NCBI GenBank assembly: GCA_002633005.1
Contig: NMRA01000061.1
Coordinates: 1,156,376-1,215,063 of the forward strand
Length of the DNA stretch: 58,688 bases
Origin: Phoronis australis
Taxonomy: Eukaryota > Animalia > Phoronida
Reading direction: 5' to 3'
Under the pieces are notes generated by a model. It was not told the DNA's origin, did no database searches, and was given only the letters and a program-made list of their open reading frames with translations. Below, piece by piece: positions 25,601 through 55,215 of the stretch; within the stretch, counting starts at the first letter, position 1, and each line of letters begins with the position of its first letter. A program made the position numbers and the translations under genes.

Positions 25601-28600
25601 GTGGATTAAAGTATAAAGTGGTCACAACGTATCTGTACAAAGAATTGTGTGAAATGTACAAGAGCGTAAAGTCATGCGTGCAGGTAAACCAAATTGGTGA
25701 AATCCCGGATTATTTTGATTTTGTGTGGACTAAGGGAAGGACGCCAGCTTTCACCTTATTTATTCTCTATCTCCTTCAAGACCAATAATGACGCTGGTGT
25801 GTCATTAAGTGTGTTGAAGTTATACTATTCGTTATTTGCGGACAACTTAGTTGTATTCTCTATAACAACCATACAATGGCGCGGATGTCGCCATCTTAAA
25901 CTATACTGCCCATGGTTTCTCAAAGTGCAAACAAGTTAATTTTGTTCTAACCATGTACAATATGTTTCCAAAGGAAAACTTAACAGTAAACAACACTATA
26001 GAGTCAACTAGACTCGTTCAACACGATACACATGAGCTCATGACTCTGAATTCGCGTGGGTTTTGGCGTTGGCCGGGTGTTAAAAGCATTTTTTCGTAAT
26101 CGCATTTGCTCTTCAAAAACAACGTCATTTTTTTCTTATCCTGTGGTTGAACTATCTTTTTGCCATAAAACGCCTGGAATTCCCCAGATTGGCAAAAAGT
26201 TAACGCTGAGTGGGCTTTTAAGAGGAAATTTTCAGAATAAACTTCCCACTATCTGGACACTTGACACCAGAAGTTGTAACACCAAATAAACGCCGACAGG
26301 CGTTTTTTCGGTATAATTTTCCAAGTAAACGCCCATGGGCGTTTCATCGCCGGGGTGGGCTTATCTTCGGAAAATCCCGGTAACAAGCAAATTTCACGAG
26401 CTTTGTTTGGAGCGATAACTGTCAGGTATTTTCAAGCATAGAAACCATCTGAGAGAAGAATAAGATGGTGCCTATTTTAAGATGGAAACAGTTCAAAATA
26501 AAAATTAGTTGTTTTTGGTAAAACACGCGGTTTTGTTGTCCCTTTATTTACCTTGTGTGTCGAAAGCGTCATAGGTATTAAACGAAATGTTTTTCAAAGC
26601 TATCACAATGAACGTGGAAAAAGATTGGCAACTTCACAGCACAAGTGATTTTTTATCATATGGATTTGATATTTTCCGTTTACACCTTCTGAGACAATTA
26701 AGTTCCAAAAAATCTAGGCCATCTAATTCACTTTCGATGACATTAACGCACCTGATTCGAAGCGCCATCTGATGAACAGCCGAACAGTAACATGTGGTGC
26801 ACAACTTCCTTGTTAGAAATGAGAGGCTCAAACGCCACCATGTGGTACGATTTGTCCAAATCCAGCAAAATCTGAAAACAATGCCTTCTGCTTATGGCCA
26901 CCCACAGGTGCATGCAGGTATGTGGAAGTCAAAACTGTCAGTGGTGTTAGGACGGAATTAAGAGTCGCTCTAAGGTGGAAAGGTAGCAGCCGGGTCACAG
27001 TTGGGGTCACAATAACCCCAGTCAGTATTCTAATATTTTAAGGTAGTTTGCAGACAGTCAAATATCTACAAAACCGTTATAGACATTAAGTCAGTAAAAT
27101 CATATACTTTCTGAAAGTAAAAAGCATGTAAAATTTGATTTTTCACTAGTTTATCAGTCTGTCATTCATTGGGACACGTGACCACGTGTTGTTATTGAAA
27201 ATTAGCAAAAAGGAACTTTCATCTATAGCAAAACTACGGTAAAGACAACACGGCCAAATTTTGTTTAACACTGAAAAATGATCAAGACGAAATCTCAAAA
27301 AACGCTGTTACTGTTTTTTAAATCCGCTTTCGTTTTATGTAACTTTTGATTTTTTTATGAAAGTAATAAAAATCCAATTTTTGACAGCCCTAGTACAAAT
27401 GTCGACGACTTTTCATCTCCTATCACCTGCAGAGGGCGCATTACAATACCCTTTCTATTTCCAATTCAATAAACCTAATCTGATGGACATAATTACAGGC
27501 TCACACGCTGATTTCACTCGGGTATGTCTTTGGCTGCTTGGCTAGAATAAAGCACCGCGCCTAACCTAGTCTTGGTCTGTAAATGTTATTCTCATAGCAT
27601 AAAAACAACTCCTAACAGCTTTTTAGAGCAATTTGCATAGAGCATAGTATCTGCGAAAACTTCTATCCTTTTTTCGGTGCAGGCGCTCGTTGTAGCAAAC
27701 ACATTACTGGTTGAAGAATCGGAGATAATAAGCAACGAATTTCGAGTAGAAAAAATGTACTTTGGAGATTAGACAAGTATCACCGTCTCAACTGGCCTGA
27801 AGGTAGAGACGGTGGCCATCCCATAGGCTCTCCATACGCCGGAAAGGTTTCGGCGAATTATGCCTCACACTGATTAAATAATCAGTCATTTAGCTAGAAG
27901 AACCCTGGCGGGAACAGTGTAAAAATGGCCAGTTGCCGATTTTGGCAACTGAACGAAGAACTGTTGGAAAAAAAGTTTGATTGCAGGAGTATTTGTTAGA
28001 GTTGAGAAGAGTTAAAGACATCAACAGCGTCCTAAGATATCCCTATGCGCAAAAGGTACTTTCGCTACATGACTGAAGGTTCAATCAGTGTGAGGCATGA
28101 CTCGCCGAAAAGCTTCCGGCGTATGGAGGGCCTATGAGATGGCACCGTCTCTACCGGGGGGCCAGTTGAGACGGTGGAGATAAGCTACAATCCAAACTGT
28201 AGACCTAAATTAGTGGTAATACCATTCAACGGCCTTGCGCTTTATACTGTTGGAGCAGTTTTAATTTATAATTTGTAATCTTTTAATAAAGTTTAGTCCA
28301 TTTGTTTCAGTGGCAATTGTTTGATAACAGACATTTTATTAAAATCTGTACGAGTTAGCAAAGACGTTATCTTCTTTCAGAGGTGTCAGCCAAGAACGCA
28401 ACACAAATTTTGGGAAAATATAGATGTAAGTTCTTGAATAATCGGCATCAGTCAGATAAAGGACGTGAGGAAGAAATTCCATACCTATTTTATTATACTC
28501 TCCCAATGACTTACCGGAATCTGCTGACAAATATAAAATGTCCCGTTCGCTGGCACATTCTCTGTTGGTATCCTCACATCGAAAAAATCCACTTCATCTT

Positions 28601-28685
28601 GTTCGGCAAATCCACAATCACGCGAAGCACTTCGCGAGAACGCAATATTGTTGAAAAACCCGAGAATAACGAGAACGGGCAACAT
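19500..28685 (-). CDS. Secreted copper type II ascorbate-dependent monooxygenase (DBH/TBH/MOXD1/PHM-like), 419 aa: complement(join(19500..19610,21102..21262,22542..22647,23706..23905,24268..24471,24858..25044,26752..26871,28515..28685))
   Basis: Eight GT-AG exons sum to 1260 bp with no internal stop. Signal-peptide-like N-terminus MLPVLVILGFFNNIAFS. CuH ligands in VVHHMLLFGC and LQIHWNN; CuM ligands in LHMHHLG and AEMCYAFVSYYP; linker DNSGFRIYYTTKLRQYD. Confidence 0.92.
20032..20487 (+). mobile_element. Penelope-like retroelement remnant: GIY-YIG endonuclease C-part flanked by inverted terminal repeats
   Basis: 20151-20311 reads GNRILSIRVKEHCKDTHNAVLNHSLTTGHIID* and, after a frameshift, ILPVDKD...VECFHF. 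This fits the PLE GIY-YIG pattern R-x-KEH...H...TGH-x-IDW...E-x-FHI. Arms 20032-20152 and 20363-20487 are inverted. Confidence 0.75.
20397..20437 (+). ncRNA. Minimal type I hammerhead ribozyme motif (U3-A8 core variant) in the PLE terminal repeat
   Basis: GUC-UUGAAAA-U-GGUU(loop)AACC-GAAAC-GUC^GAC: stem I GUC/GAC, stem II GGUU/AACC, minimal helix III. Confidence 0.55.
21102..21262 (-). CDS. Monooxygenase exon 7 (Cys-rich C-terminal extension)
   Basis: caattttcag| ... CAG|gtaggt; phase 1-0 compatible; open frame with 5 Cys. Confidence 0.8.
22542..22647 (-). CDS. Monooxygenase exon 6 (AEMCYAFVSYYP)
   Basis: atttcag| ... C|gtaagt; EMC methionine CuM ligand. Confidence 0.93.
23706..23905 (-). 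CDS. Monooxygenase exon 5 (VEILPGDEVRLDCWF)
   Basis: ttgtttgcag| ... GGA|gtgagt; C-terminal monooxygenase domain motif ILPGD-x5-C. Confidence 0.93.
24268..24471 (-). CDS. Monooxygenase exon 4 (DNSGFRIYYT...LHMHHLG)
   Basis: ttacgttag| ... G|gtaaga; HxH CuM ligands. Confidence 0.93.
24858..25044 (-). CDS. Monooxygenase exon 3 (WTLGQTG...GVRFG...LQIHWNN)
   Basis: tgttcag| ... G|gtaatg; third CuH histidine. Confidence 0.9.
25196..25880 (+). mobile_element. Decayed non-LTR retrotransposon (LINE) reverse transcriptase fragment, antisense in a monooxygenase intron
   Basis: Frameshifted motifs in RT order: KAAGHGEIPNEFFK, IRLLDVAGKVFSKI, YCVFIDLKKAFE, GLREGRQLSPYLF, LFADNLVVFS. Confidence 0.88.
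26752..26871 (-). CDS. Monooxygenase exon 2 (YHMVAFEPLISNKEVVHHMLLFGC)
   Basis: tgttttcag| ... CAG|gtgcgt; 120 bp, phase 0-0; HH copper ligands. Confidence 0.93.
27781..28176. mobile_element. Foldback MITE with about 95-bp TIRs
   Basis: caccgtctcaactggcc...gcctcacactgatt (27781-27875) is inverted to aatcagtgtgaggc...ggccagttgagacggtg (28083-28176). Confidence 0.85.
28515..28685 (-). CDS. Monooxygenase coding exon 1 (signal peptide to TFYICQQIP)
   Basis: ATG in aaccATG context; donor CCG|gtaagt; an upstream acceptor at 28700 implies a 5'UTR exon. Confidence 0.8.
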
Positions 28686-30940
28686 GGTTAGAACGAGCTC
28701 TGCATATAGATATGAAACTGTTATCACTGGCTGTTGTATAAAACCTTCTAAACCTCGCTCTTATACAGTTCCGATGTTTCTCACAGGTGTAGGCCGTACC
28801 GGCCCTCGTTATCACAGCGTTTCGCGCATCTACGTCATCGCAACTGTTTGTGTCGTGCTCTTTTCCTGGTACCGTGTTTGAAACATTTGTTTGTTTGATG
28901 TATGGCTGAAAAACATCCCAATACACGTTCGTTTTATCTTACATCATAATAACGACGTTGTATGCAATTGGTCAGAAAATTCAGGGAGACGGTCTAATGA
29001 GGCATTACACTACGTCACATAAATTTTCTGGGCATTGGGGGACTTTGTTTTCTCATTAACGTTTTTTTTTTACTGTCACTCGGTCTTCATTATGGGCTGC
29101 CCCTCTGCTTCACATAGAGTTACTCTCAGCTAAACATGAATTAGTAATGAAGATAAATTAAGCAAAAGAAAGGAAACCAATGCTTGAATTAGCTGAGAAC
29201 TTTAGGATCCCGCCGGACACTTTCAGTTGAAACAAAAGCTGGCACGTGCACAAAATAGTCTCCATGAAAGACACTATTGACGTCATCACGTCTTTTAGTC
29301 CTCTTTCCAGTGACGTAAGTGAACTCGAGGGGAAGTTTGATTGGTGTTCTAGACTGGATCGGGTGTAATACACCGACCCTGTGACGTATTGCGCGAAAGC
29401 ATAGGTTTTCACAGGGTCTTTGAACTCTTTCAAAGCCATCACAAACGTTCAGTACTTCTAAAACGAAATTAATAAAACTCTCCAAATGGTTTCATTTATA
29501 GAACCAACTATAAGTGTACACTCGTGAGAGCACCCTTTTTATTGCACGTAATTTTCATTCGTAAACATTTCTTAGGTGGCTGGTTAACCATTGTTTTCTA
29601 CTAATTTTCGTAATACTTTATAACGCTTAACTGCATGAGATCATTTACCAAGAACTGTTTTCGTACATGCTACCGTCACCACATGATGGCACTGCTGACA
29701 CAAAGGCCAGAACGTAGTGAGTTAAGTCCTGAAGACGCAAGAATCTCGCGAGGGAAGCTGTCGCGCCGCGAGAAAAAAATGTAGTCAAAACCACGTTAAC
29801 TTATTGAATATAGGCCTACACGGCAAGATCTCACAGAATCTCGCAAAATCTTCTAGCAAGGTAATAGGCGCGGTTATTTGGAACTCTTATCTGTGTACTC
29901 ATAAAGTATCATTCCAGATTGTGATCAGTTGTAATACATGGGGATAGCTCGCGAAGTTTTACGATGTTGCGAGGCTCTCGCGTCCACTGCTCTCGGTACC
30001 AGGAGGTTGAAACGATTCCACGATCACGCCTCTAAATTCCAGCTAGGACGCCCTGAAACCCCAGTGCCTGGATCCACTGAGCAAACATCAAATCCGTGGT
30101 ATACATGTAAGTACATTGTACCATGCTCGCCGAAGCTCCTAAGATCTACGAACGCCGCGCCCAAAATATTCCATACTGTGTGATCAAACTCCATACAAGA
30201 AGAGCGTACTGTACGGACGGACACAAACGTGTTTTCTAAATTTTCAGCGCATTTGGAGACTTCGTTTATTCACTTGTTATATCTTCCATTTTTTGTCTTT
30301 AGTCTCCTCTATTACTTGTGACGTCATCTATAATGCATCTGAAAACCGTACCCTTACTGCAACGGGTACTTAAATTGACGGCGTACGTTACATGAAAGGT
30401 TCACTGTTTATTTTCAATAATGGTAAGAGTTCAACGTAGATTTTTGTCTCGTTATCGTGTCGAAACTGAGACGAAACGATAAAGATGAAATAGCAGACAA
30501 AAGGACAACCAGCGCTTGCACGATTTCCACAAATGCGATGAAAAGGTAACATAGTTTAGTCCCCATTTATGCAACCGGTCACAGATTCCTGATAAGGACT
30601 ACACAAGGACACATGGTCCTACTCCTAGTCTGCAATTTGGTCACTTAGCATGGAGTATTTACATCACGTGTATGGAGGGGCGCGGATATGTAATTTGTAC
30701 CGTTGCTTTTGTATTTGCTGGTCCGACAAGGGTTTACCTGGGAGATCGAAGCTGGAAGGTACTCGCGACTGTGAGCTTCCACCCCTCAGCATTAACATAC
30801 ACAGCGCACGACAACTTTTGTGATGCATAAAGAATATTTCAGGATTACCAAGGGATACTAAACAATTCTTGGTAGTATATTTTCTTTTGTTTCATGTTGA
30901 AATGACTCCCATGAAGCATTTTGACTGGGTTGTAATCATG

Positions 30941-31060
30941 ACAACCTTGAGCAGTTTTAAATATGCAAATTAAGGCAGTCATTATGTAAAACTCTGCTTT
31001 TAACACTTCCTTACCATGCACCATAAGTATATTATTTTGACGTTTTACCTATGTTTCCAT
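30941..31060. repeat. Dispersed repeat shared with 57201-57326
   Basis: gacaaccttgag...atatgcaaattaaggc...ttttacctatgtttcca is present at both sites. Confidence 0.75.
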
Positions 31061-32163
31061 GGTAATTGAACCTCGTGATTTGCCACCTACTGATGTACAG
31101 TATCACAAAAATTGTTGTCATGGTTTGAGTTGTTTGTTTTAAGCCCGTGGAAAGCTTTATTCGTGCGTTTTGTTGCAAGTTATGAAAGTTAGAAACAAAA
31201 ATATGCTCGTGATTCTAACATTTTTAGTTCTAGCCTCAGTTATGACCGTTTTATGAGAGTGGCCGTGCCTCCACTTCAAAGTAACTACATTGAATTCACT
31301 GATCAAGAAAGCACGTGTGATGACATCACAATAATCAACCTGTAGTGCTTTGTGAGGAAGTTACAAGCAAACATAGAATTTTGCATAAGGACGGCTTAAT
31401 TTGCATAATTAAAAATGTTCAAGGTGGATTGCAACCTAACTAAAATGCTTCAGGGGTGGCATAAACAAACGAAAAAATTTATACTACGGAAATTTCTGTG
31501 TAGCTATTTCCGACTACCAGACTAAAACAGGAGCAGGGTACAAGAAGCATGAGAAATGTCTTTCTGTCAGGTACTTGTGTTTGAAGGTTAGTGAAATATG
31601 TCGTGAGTTGAATTGCTTCCCTAAGCTTGTACAAGTTCTGTGTTTTGTAGATGTATTTGATAGATGATTTAAGTGGGTGCTATAAACGCAGAACTCTAAG
31701 GCTAAACAGAGTTTACAATCTGTGCACAGTAACTGCTGGACACCATTCGAAGATTTTTTTTAAATGGGACGCCAACTTCATGATTCACACTAGTGCCGTA
31801 ATTTGGACCCACAATGCCTTTCTATGGAGCAGTTTGCTTCAACCAATCAAAATGGAAACCTCCAGTCACCGATAATACCAAAGCTCGTAATAGCACCACA
31901 TAATTAGTCTTTGGTAATACAAGGCTTTGGCCGCAACTTCCGCTATTCACGATTCTGTTGATAATCCCAATATACACATTGCCACGAAATTCTTGACTTT
32001 CTTCGCCTCTTCCTTCCGTTTGGTCGTGAAATTTTCCCATAACATGGTTGACCGTTTTTCACTCCAGCTGGACAAACAATATTGAGTAATTGCATGTCGT
32101 ATGTCAGGTAACGAATAGATGGGCGATTGAGCCAATGATTGCACGCAAAACCTGATGGACTAT

Positions 32164-48806
<16,643 letters not shown>

Positions 48807-49336
48807 TAGTCGAAGTCAGCGTCCTCATTTTCAGCGTTGTTAACACAGTGAAAATGAAGTCAGTAAAAATGCGTTTCTAATCGATATCCAGCCGCGTGTT
48901 TCATGTAGAAATAGCGTGCATTAGCCGAGAACAGTAGAGGCGGCCAGACGGCCATCCGCTGCTGCAATTCCTCCGCGTATTACGAAACACGATACAAACT
49001 GTAAACGCCTCACAACATTCTCTTCACATCCCGACATTGTGGTGTCAAGCAATGCTAACTGTATCGAGATCATCTGAAAATTGGAACTTGTGTTAATTAT
49101 GCTGAAGATATTATATTACCAATAAACTCATGGTAACAGCGACGATTGTTTAAAGAGCCAAACCCCCGGTAGTTTTTTATTGTATGGTGAAATCATAATG
49201 AACTAGTTTTGCAGGCGTATTTGACAAACGAAACGACGAGAAAGATCGCTGATGGAACAGTCACTGGACGAGTGGAAAATGCCGCACGTGCGAACGCGAT
49301 GTAGGGTAACTTTGATAAGCAAGAGAAATAAGAGAG

Positions 49337-49760
49337 GACGATGGTGGTTATAATGATGATGTTGACGTTGTTGATGATGATAATGTAGTCGAAGTTAGCG
49401 ATGGTGTTATCATAGATGACGAAGATGGTGATCTAATGACATGAAAATTGATGTCGATGATGGTATTGTCGATGACTATGATAATGATGACGACGATGAT
49501 AATGACGACAACGATGGCGGTGATGACAAGAGGAGATTATAATATCAATTGAGAAAGTGTCGATGATGACGACGACGACAAGGTGAGGATAATGTATAAT
49601 CAAAATTATAAAGATGATAGTGTCGACGATGAAGATGACGAATGATGATTATGATGATGACGACAAGGATGATGGTGATAAAGATAATGATAATGTCGAT
49701 GATGATGATAATGGCGATGAAGATCACGACGATAGTGATCATAAAGAAATAGACTATGAC
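49337..49760. repeat. Imperfect (GAT/GAC/AAT)n trinucleotide repeat
   Basis: Directly visible; stop codons interrupt the poly-Asp frame. Confidence 0.9.
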
Positions 49761-51972
49761 AGTGGCGCAGTGACTGATAACTTTAACGTTTCCCTCATAG
49801 CACGCACACGTGTAAGAACGTATTGATTTAGCTGATGGTTAAATAAAGAATTCATGAATTAACTGACTAATTGCTTCCGCTAATGCCGCGGTCCTCCAGT
49901 GCAGTTTTTATGTGGTAAGACTCATTCTGTTACTGTACATTTTCGTGTTTAGAGCTGCCTGTACGAACTTCCTACTTACCGGTGAAAATCCTTAATCAAG
50001 GTTGCATTGAACTCGGGATTTAATGGAACTTGTCGGAGAAAGTGAAACTTTCAACCAAACATCTCATAGCAAAGGGTTTCTTTCTAGCGAGAACATTTGC
50101 GTGAGAAAAATAATTTCATTTTTAACAGTGTTACAACTTCTTATATAACTAGCTCACAGTCAGTGTCAGAAAATTCAGGGTTTTAATTCGATGAGTTTAA
50201 TTCGAGAGACGATAGCAGCGATATGTTTTCAAGTTATACAAGTTCAATGTGACATAAATCTTTGCTGCCCTCGGTTGTCTAAAACTAAAAGATTTTTTAT
50301 AACATGATATGCCAATCCCTTCATTTCAGGTTGCGTCACTTGAATGGAACTAATTGGGCCGCTGTGGTTTACACAGTGACAATCGCTGCCGTGCCTTGCA
50401 GTACGGTAACTCCGTCGGGATACAATTGGATAAACTGGACAAATACACGTGGATCCCGGTCTTTGCCTTTCCAACATCAATCTATGAAAACACGCGGAGA
50501 GTGTGGATAAAGGAAATTAGTCGGGTTAATTTTTACCCAGCAGAATCCCCGATCTTGATGATACTTTTTCAATTCCGGTACTTTCAAACGGTTGAAATCG
50601 GAAACATATTCACGGCCTTACACCTCGACGATTTCCGACACGACCTGTGAAAATGCACCTGACATTCCGAAACAAGGCCAATGAAAACAATGAGCTTTCT
50701 TACCTCCGGGATAAAGGAGAGCTCTACCCCCGTGTAGTTCGGCCTACTAAAGCAGACACAAACCCGCGTTCTGTCCACCTACCGCTGCAAAATTGTCCTT
50801 AAATTGTTCCTCACTCAGACGAGAAGCGATTTATAGGTGTGCAAAGAACTAACTGTTCGTTATTCGTTGAAACCATGCCCCGCTTATAAAATTATCCTCC
50901 TTTACAAATCAACTTGTACCTTCTGATCAGTCTTAAACAATAACGAGATGTTTCGAAGCCCCAAAGTCACCTCTAAATTTACTGTCAGAGGAAACATTTG
51001 AGACCGACTTCATAAGTATGTGGTCTAAATTTCATACTTAACTGGTATAAATCAGCAATAGAAATTAATGCTTGTGATGGAAGGCGGGTTAATAACTGTT
51101 TTGAGAGATAAAATTCGGGAACCAAACTGACGAAATAACATGCGCAGTGGCAGACATCACACCGCGTAACTTCCGTTCACTCACTTGTAATTTCCATTGT
51201 ATCTCACAACAGTGTTAGGTCTGTTGCTGGTCAGATAATGATCGATTCCTCGAACTCATTTCACGTCAGGCCCACATTTGGGAAAGCAGAACCATACTGG
51301 TATGTGAGGGCATGTGCATGAACCTATCAAAATTATTGCGTGGGGTGCACGAAACTGAGCTGTCCAGGTCAACGGTGCTGAACTGTTCATAACATAGACA
51401 TGTGTTGCATGTTTTGTAAAAACTTGACATCCTTAAAGGCAAATATCATTACTTTTAGGTACACCAGACTTTCTGAGGTCCAGTAAGTTCGTGAAGAATG
51501 ACGCTAGATAATATATTCTTACTTACCAGAGGATAGAAAGGAACGTTTCAACCTCCCGCAAAGCCAAAACTCAGTGTTTCTGCTGAGAGACCATATAGGA
51601 CGCAAAGAATGACCCACCTTAACAGCATGATCAGGAGAGTGTCAAACAGTAACGAATTAAATGTCAGAAATCTCCCATCGTCCGAATTAAAGGAACAAAC
51701 TGGATGCCAATTTTGACTGCAAGCGACAGAAATCAAGTGTTCCGTTTTAGGAGACCCTGTTTGCGAAGGGGTTGCAATCAAACCCCATGCGTTATGAGGC
51801 CTCATATTTAGTGTCGCTTAGGAACGGTTTATACGGGCCAAGATGAGGTATACAACGTGTTTATTATAAATCTGCCATGCACTTTTAATTAACAATTTCA
51901 CCAGGTTTCTTCAACACTACGAACAAATACAGCTGATTCACGACATCCTGCTCCTTTCAACACGTGACCACT

Positions 51973-52243
51973 GATGAGCACACCAAGGGGGGGGGGGCTC
52001 GGGGGGTGCTCGAATGAGCCCCTCCATTTGGGAAGTGTGCAAAAAAGTCCCCCAGAGAAACAAAAATACGAAAAAAGTAGAAAACAGGACAAAGTCCACT
52101 ATAAGGGCAGGAACTACCAAAATTCGACGAATGCACAATTCGTAGCTCTGAACGTACCCCATGAATGATAATGTAGACCTTTTACTAAGATTGAATCTTC
52201 TCAAAAATTCGAGCCTCCCATTTTACGGCTGGATGCGCGCATG
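51973..52243. mobile_element. MITE; inverted relative of 54337-54585
   Basis: Termini gatgagcacacca...ggctggatgcgcgcatg; shared ggctcggggggtgctcgaatgagccc motif. Confidence 0.6.
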
Positions 52244-54336
52244 GTGACTGCCATCTGCCTGCTAAAGAGTCTACTGCACGTCGCTTCGAGATATCGGACA
52301 CAGGGCACGTCACATCAAGCTCGTTCTCGAAGCTCCCGATAGCTGATGAAACAAACAAGGACAGAAACGGACAACTGTATGGCCAAGACATGCCTCGAAT
52401 ACGACCTCCTGCTTCCTATTTCGATTCTACAACGCTCAGTCGGCTCCCTCTCGTTTTTCTCCCGTTTTCGAGATCGTGCTAAAAACTATTTTGGTCCCAC
52501 ATGCACCGAGTTTGAATTGCTTTTATAGGTGTTTGTGACATGAAACTCGTTCTCGGAACAACCGAACCTGCGGCCTAACACTTTCATGAAACGGTGGTCG
52601 GGAATCTGCGATCTCTGTCGAAACATGCTTCAAGTGCGACGTCGTTCTGGGAATTGTCGCTCAGATTTTTCAATGCGTAGTCGGTTCCACTGAAAATGTC
52701 TACGTTTTTAGGAGATCTAGATTATTTGTACCGTATTGTGACAGGGCCTTTAACAAATCATCGTTCTCACACTACCCATTGTACATCACAGAATGCAACG
52801 TTATACTGGACCCTTAATTGCAAAAAATGCAGTTTTCATCCAATTGGCGTGGCGCGGTTTACGCCCACGCATATGGCAACATCTGCGACAGTCGTTGCAG
52901 TTAAAAACAACGGTAACTTTCTTCGTCAAGTGCTTACGTCACCTGTCGACCAGCATAATTTTTTACGGGTATTGTGAGGGTAGTGTAGCCTATAAACGGT
53001 TCAGTAGTAGTAGTTCATGTAGTTAAGAGTTTCTAAAACCATACAAATCAATGAACCGCGACTTACTATGGGCTGGCTGCAGCACTGTAACCATTCCACA
53101 ATCCGGAGGCTTGTCCTCACCCGTCGTCGTCTTTTGTTTTGCCTGGTTCTGGTTAAGAGTTTTCAGCTTCGACTCGTCCACACTGCTAACGCTCTCGAAC
53201 GGCCCGTTGTCTATTCTTATATTAATCATGATTGCCGGAGTCTTAATAACAACGATCCCCACGGTTATCTGTTCGTCTCACGACTGAGCTGCGAGAAGAC
53301 TGTACGAGTTGACTTGACAAGCCAAGAAACTCACTCGTCAGAGATCGCGTCCACCCACACAGTACACGGGGTTCAGCTTGACTTATGTGATGTGAAGTTC
53401 GATAATAAGCTTGATAATTAATTGATACACATCCACAAAACCGTACGCACTGCGTCTCATTCAGGATGTCAGATGCGCAACGCGATCAGTGCAGTGGTAG
53501 TAAAAGGTCGTTTACATACGGGTCTACAACTTAACACACTACTCACAAGCTTTTGTGTTATGCGCATTGTGTATTGGGATATACGAGCCTGCGGGCAAAC
53601 AATACAATATTCAAAGGAGGAAAGTCGGATGCTTGACAATAGATGGCGTTGTCGATTTACGTTCATCACTAGTCTGTACAAGGACGCATTCGTCCCGGCC
53701 TTACAATTTTCTATGCATTTCCGCAAGTAAAGGAAGGACAAAATTTGTATGCACAGTGCTTTAGTCGTACTTTAGCGGGATGTCGACCTCTTTATATAAA
53801 AAGTGTCAGCCAAAGCTATTTTGATCGTAATAAATCATGCCAAGTGAATCTGAGCATTCGGTAGGCCGGCCGAGCCGCCCTACTCCAGTGGACTGAACAC
53901 AATGATCAACCGCGGAAATTCAAACTAATGTAGCGTAAGCATTGGACATTCCAACACGGTGTCAACTTTACATATTTCACAAAACAATCCCAAATAAACA
54001 CGTGACTTTCCGTGACAACGTGGTGAGCTTTTGAAATGTAGAAAATTACACTGTTGACAACTACTAGCTGATTTAGTTGTGAAGTCGCAGCAGAATTATT
54101 GTAAATGTGTAACAATACAGCTGCAATCAAATTATGAACTCAGATAATTGTTTCTGATTGAGTGTTTGAGTATACCTGCAAATACATTATGAATAACGCA
54201 CTGCACACAATGGCGGGCCGAGTTCACTGACATCACTAGTGATGTACACCACTGTGGGTCTTCGAGTGCGAGCCACTACTGAGTCAAACTTTCAGATTTG
54301 ACCGAGTTCACACTCGAATTTATAACAGAAATGTTG

Positions 54337-54585
54337 CATGTGCGCACCCAGCCTTCAATATGGGGGTGCTCGAATGCCGTTGTGGTAACAAAAAGGCGGG
54401 CGGAATAAAAAAAAAAAACAAAAAAACGGGGCACCACTGTGACTGAATTGCGCGCTTGTGCTTATTTAGGGGACTTTTGTCTCATTTTTTCGGACTTCAT
54501 GTACTTCGGAGGCGGATCTTTAGCCCACTTCGCCAAATGGGGCTCGTTCGAGCACCCCGAGCCTCCCGCCTGGGTGCGCGCATTG
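54337..54585. mobile_element. MITE with catgtgcgcacccag TIRs
   Basis: Termini catgtgcgcacccagcc ... gcctgggtgcgcgcattg. Confidence 0.65.
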
Positions 54586-55117
54586 AGGACATCAGGTGCA
54601 AACTCCGGACTATGAACGCATTGGTATGAATCACAATATAATCAAGAACAACCGAAGACCAGGAGTTTCGGGCCCTGACCGAGCGACGTGGTATTCATCA
54701 GCGGTGGAAGGTAAAATGGAAACAACCAAAGAAGTCAGACAACCATCTTGTTCGTAGACTGGCACTATTTTGCCTAACGCTGCCATTGCCGGGTCAAAGA
54801 GCGACGCTCGACGGAACGATTGAGTTGGATTACTAAGTTTTGGGTTCATCTTTTATTTTTTGATTCACATAACATAGTCGATAAGAGCTCGTACCAACAC
54901 GTTTATATGTTGGTGTGAATGTTGCCATGAACAGGACTGAATCAAAATTATGACATGAGATATAAACTAATCCCGGAGGCAATGTCAGGTTAGACGAAAC
55001 AAGGAGAGTACTGTAGCCGGAAGCCAAATTTGATTTGTTACATGAATTCTGCTTATCTTACTGTCATAACACGTTTTTATCTGTTTCCACCAAACGATAA
55101 TCGCGTGTGATTCAATG

Positions 55118-55215
55118 CTCGTGTGTATGATTTTGTATTCGTTTATGTATGATTTGTGTGGTTGGTGCGCATGATTTTTGTTCGTATGCGTGATTTTTTG
55201 GGTTCGTATGCATGA
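55118..55215. repeat. Degenerate tandem repeat of about 22 bp (tatgatttttgttcgtatg-like)
   Basis: About four imperfect copies are visible. Confidence 0.6.

Noticed and set aside
28618-30224. ORFs upstream of the monooxygenase as possible DOMON or temptin exons
   Set aside because: No recognisable motifs and no consistent splice chain into 28699.
49545-49826. Poly-Ile and poly-Asp ORFs
   Set aside because: They are translations of the GAT microsatellite, with stops in the flanking repeat and no splice context.
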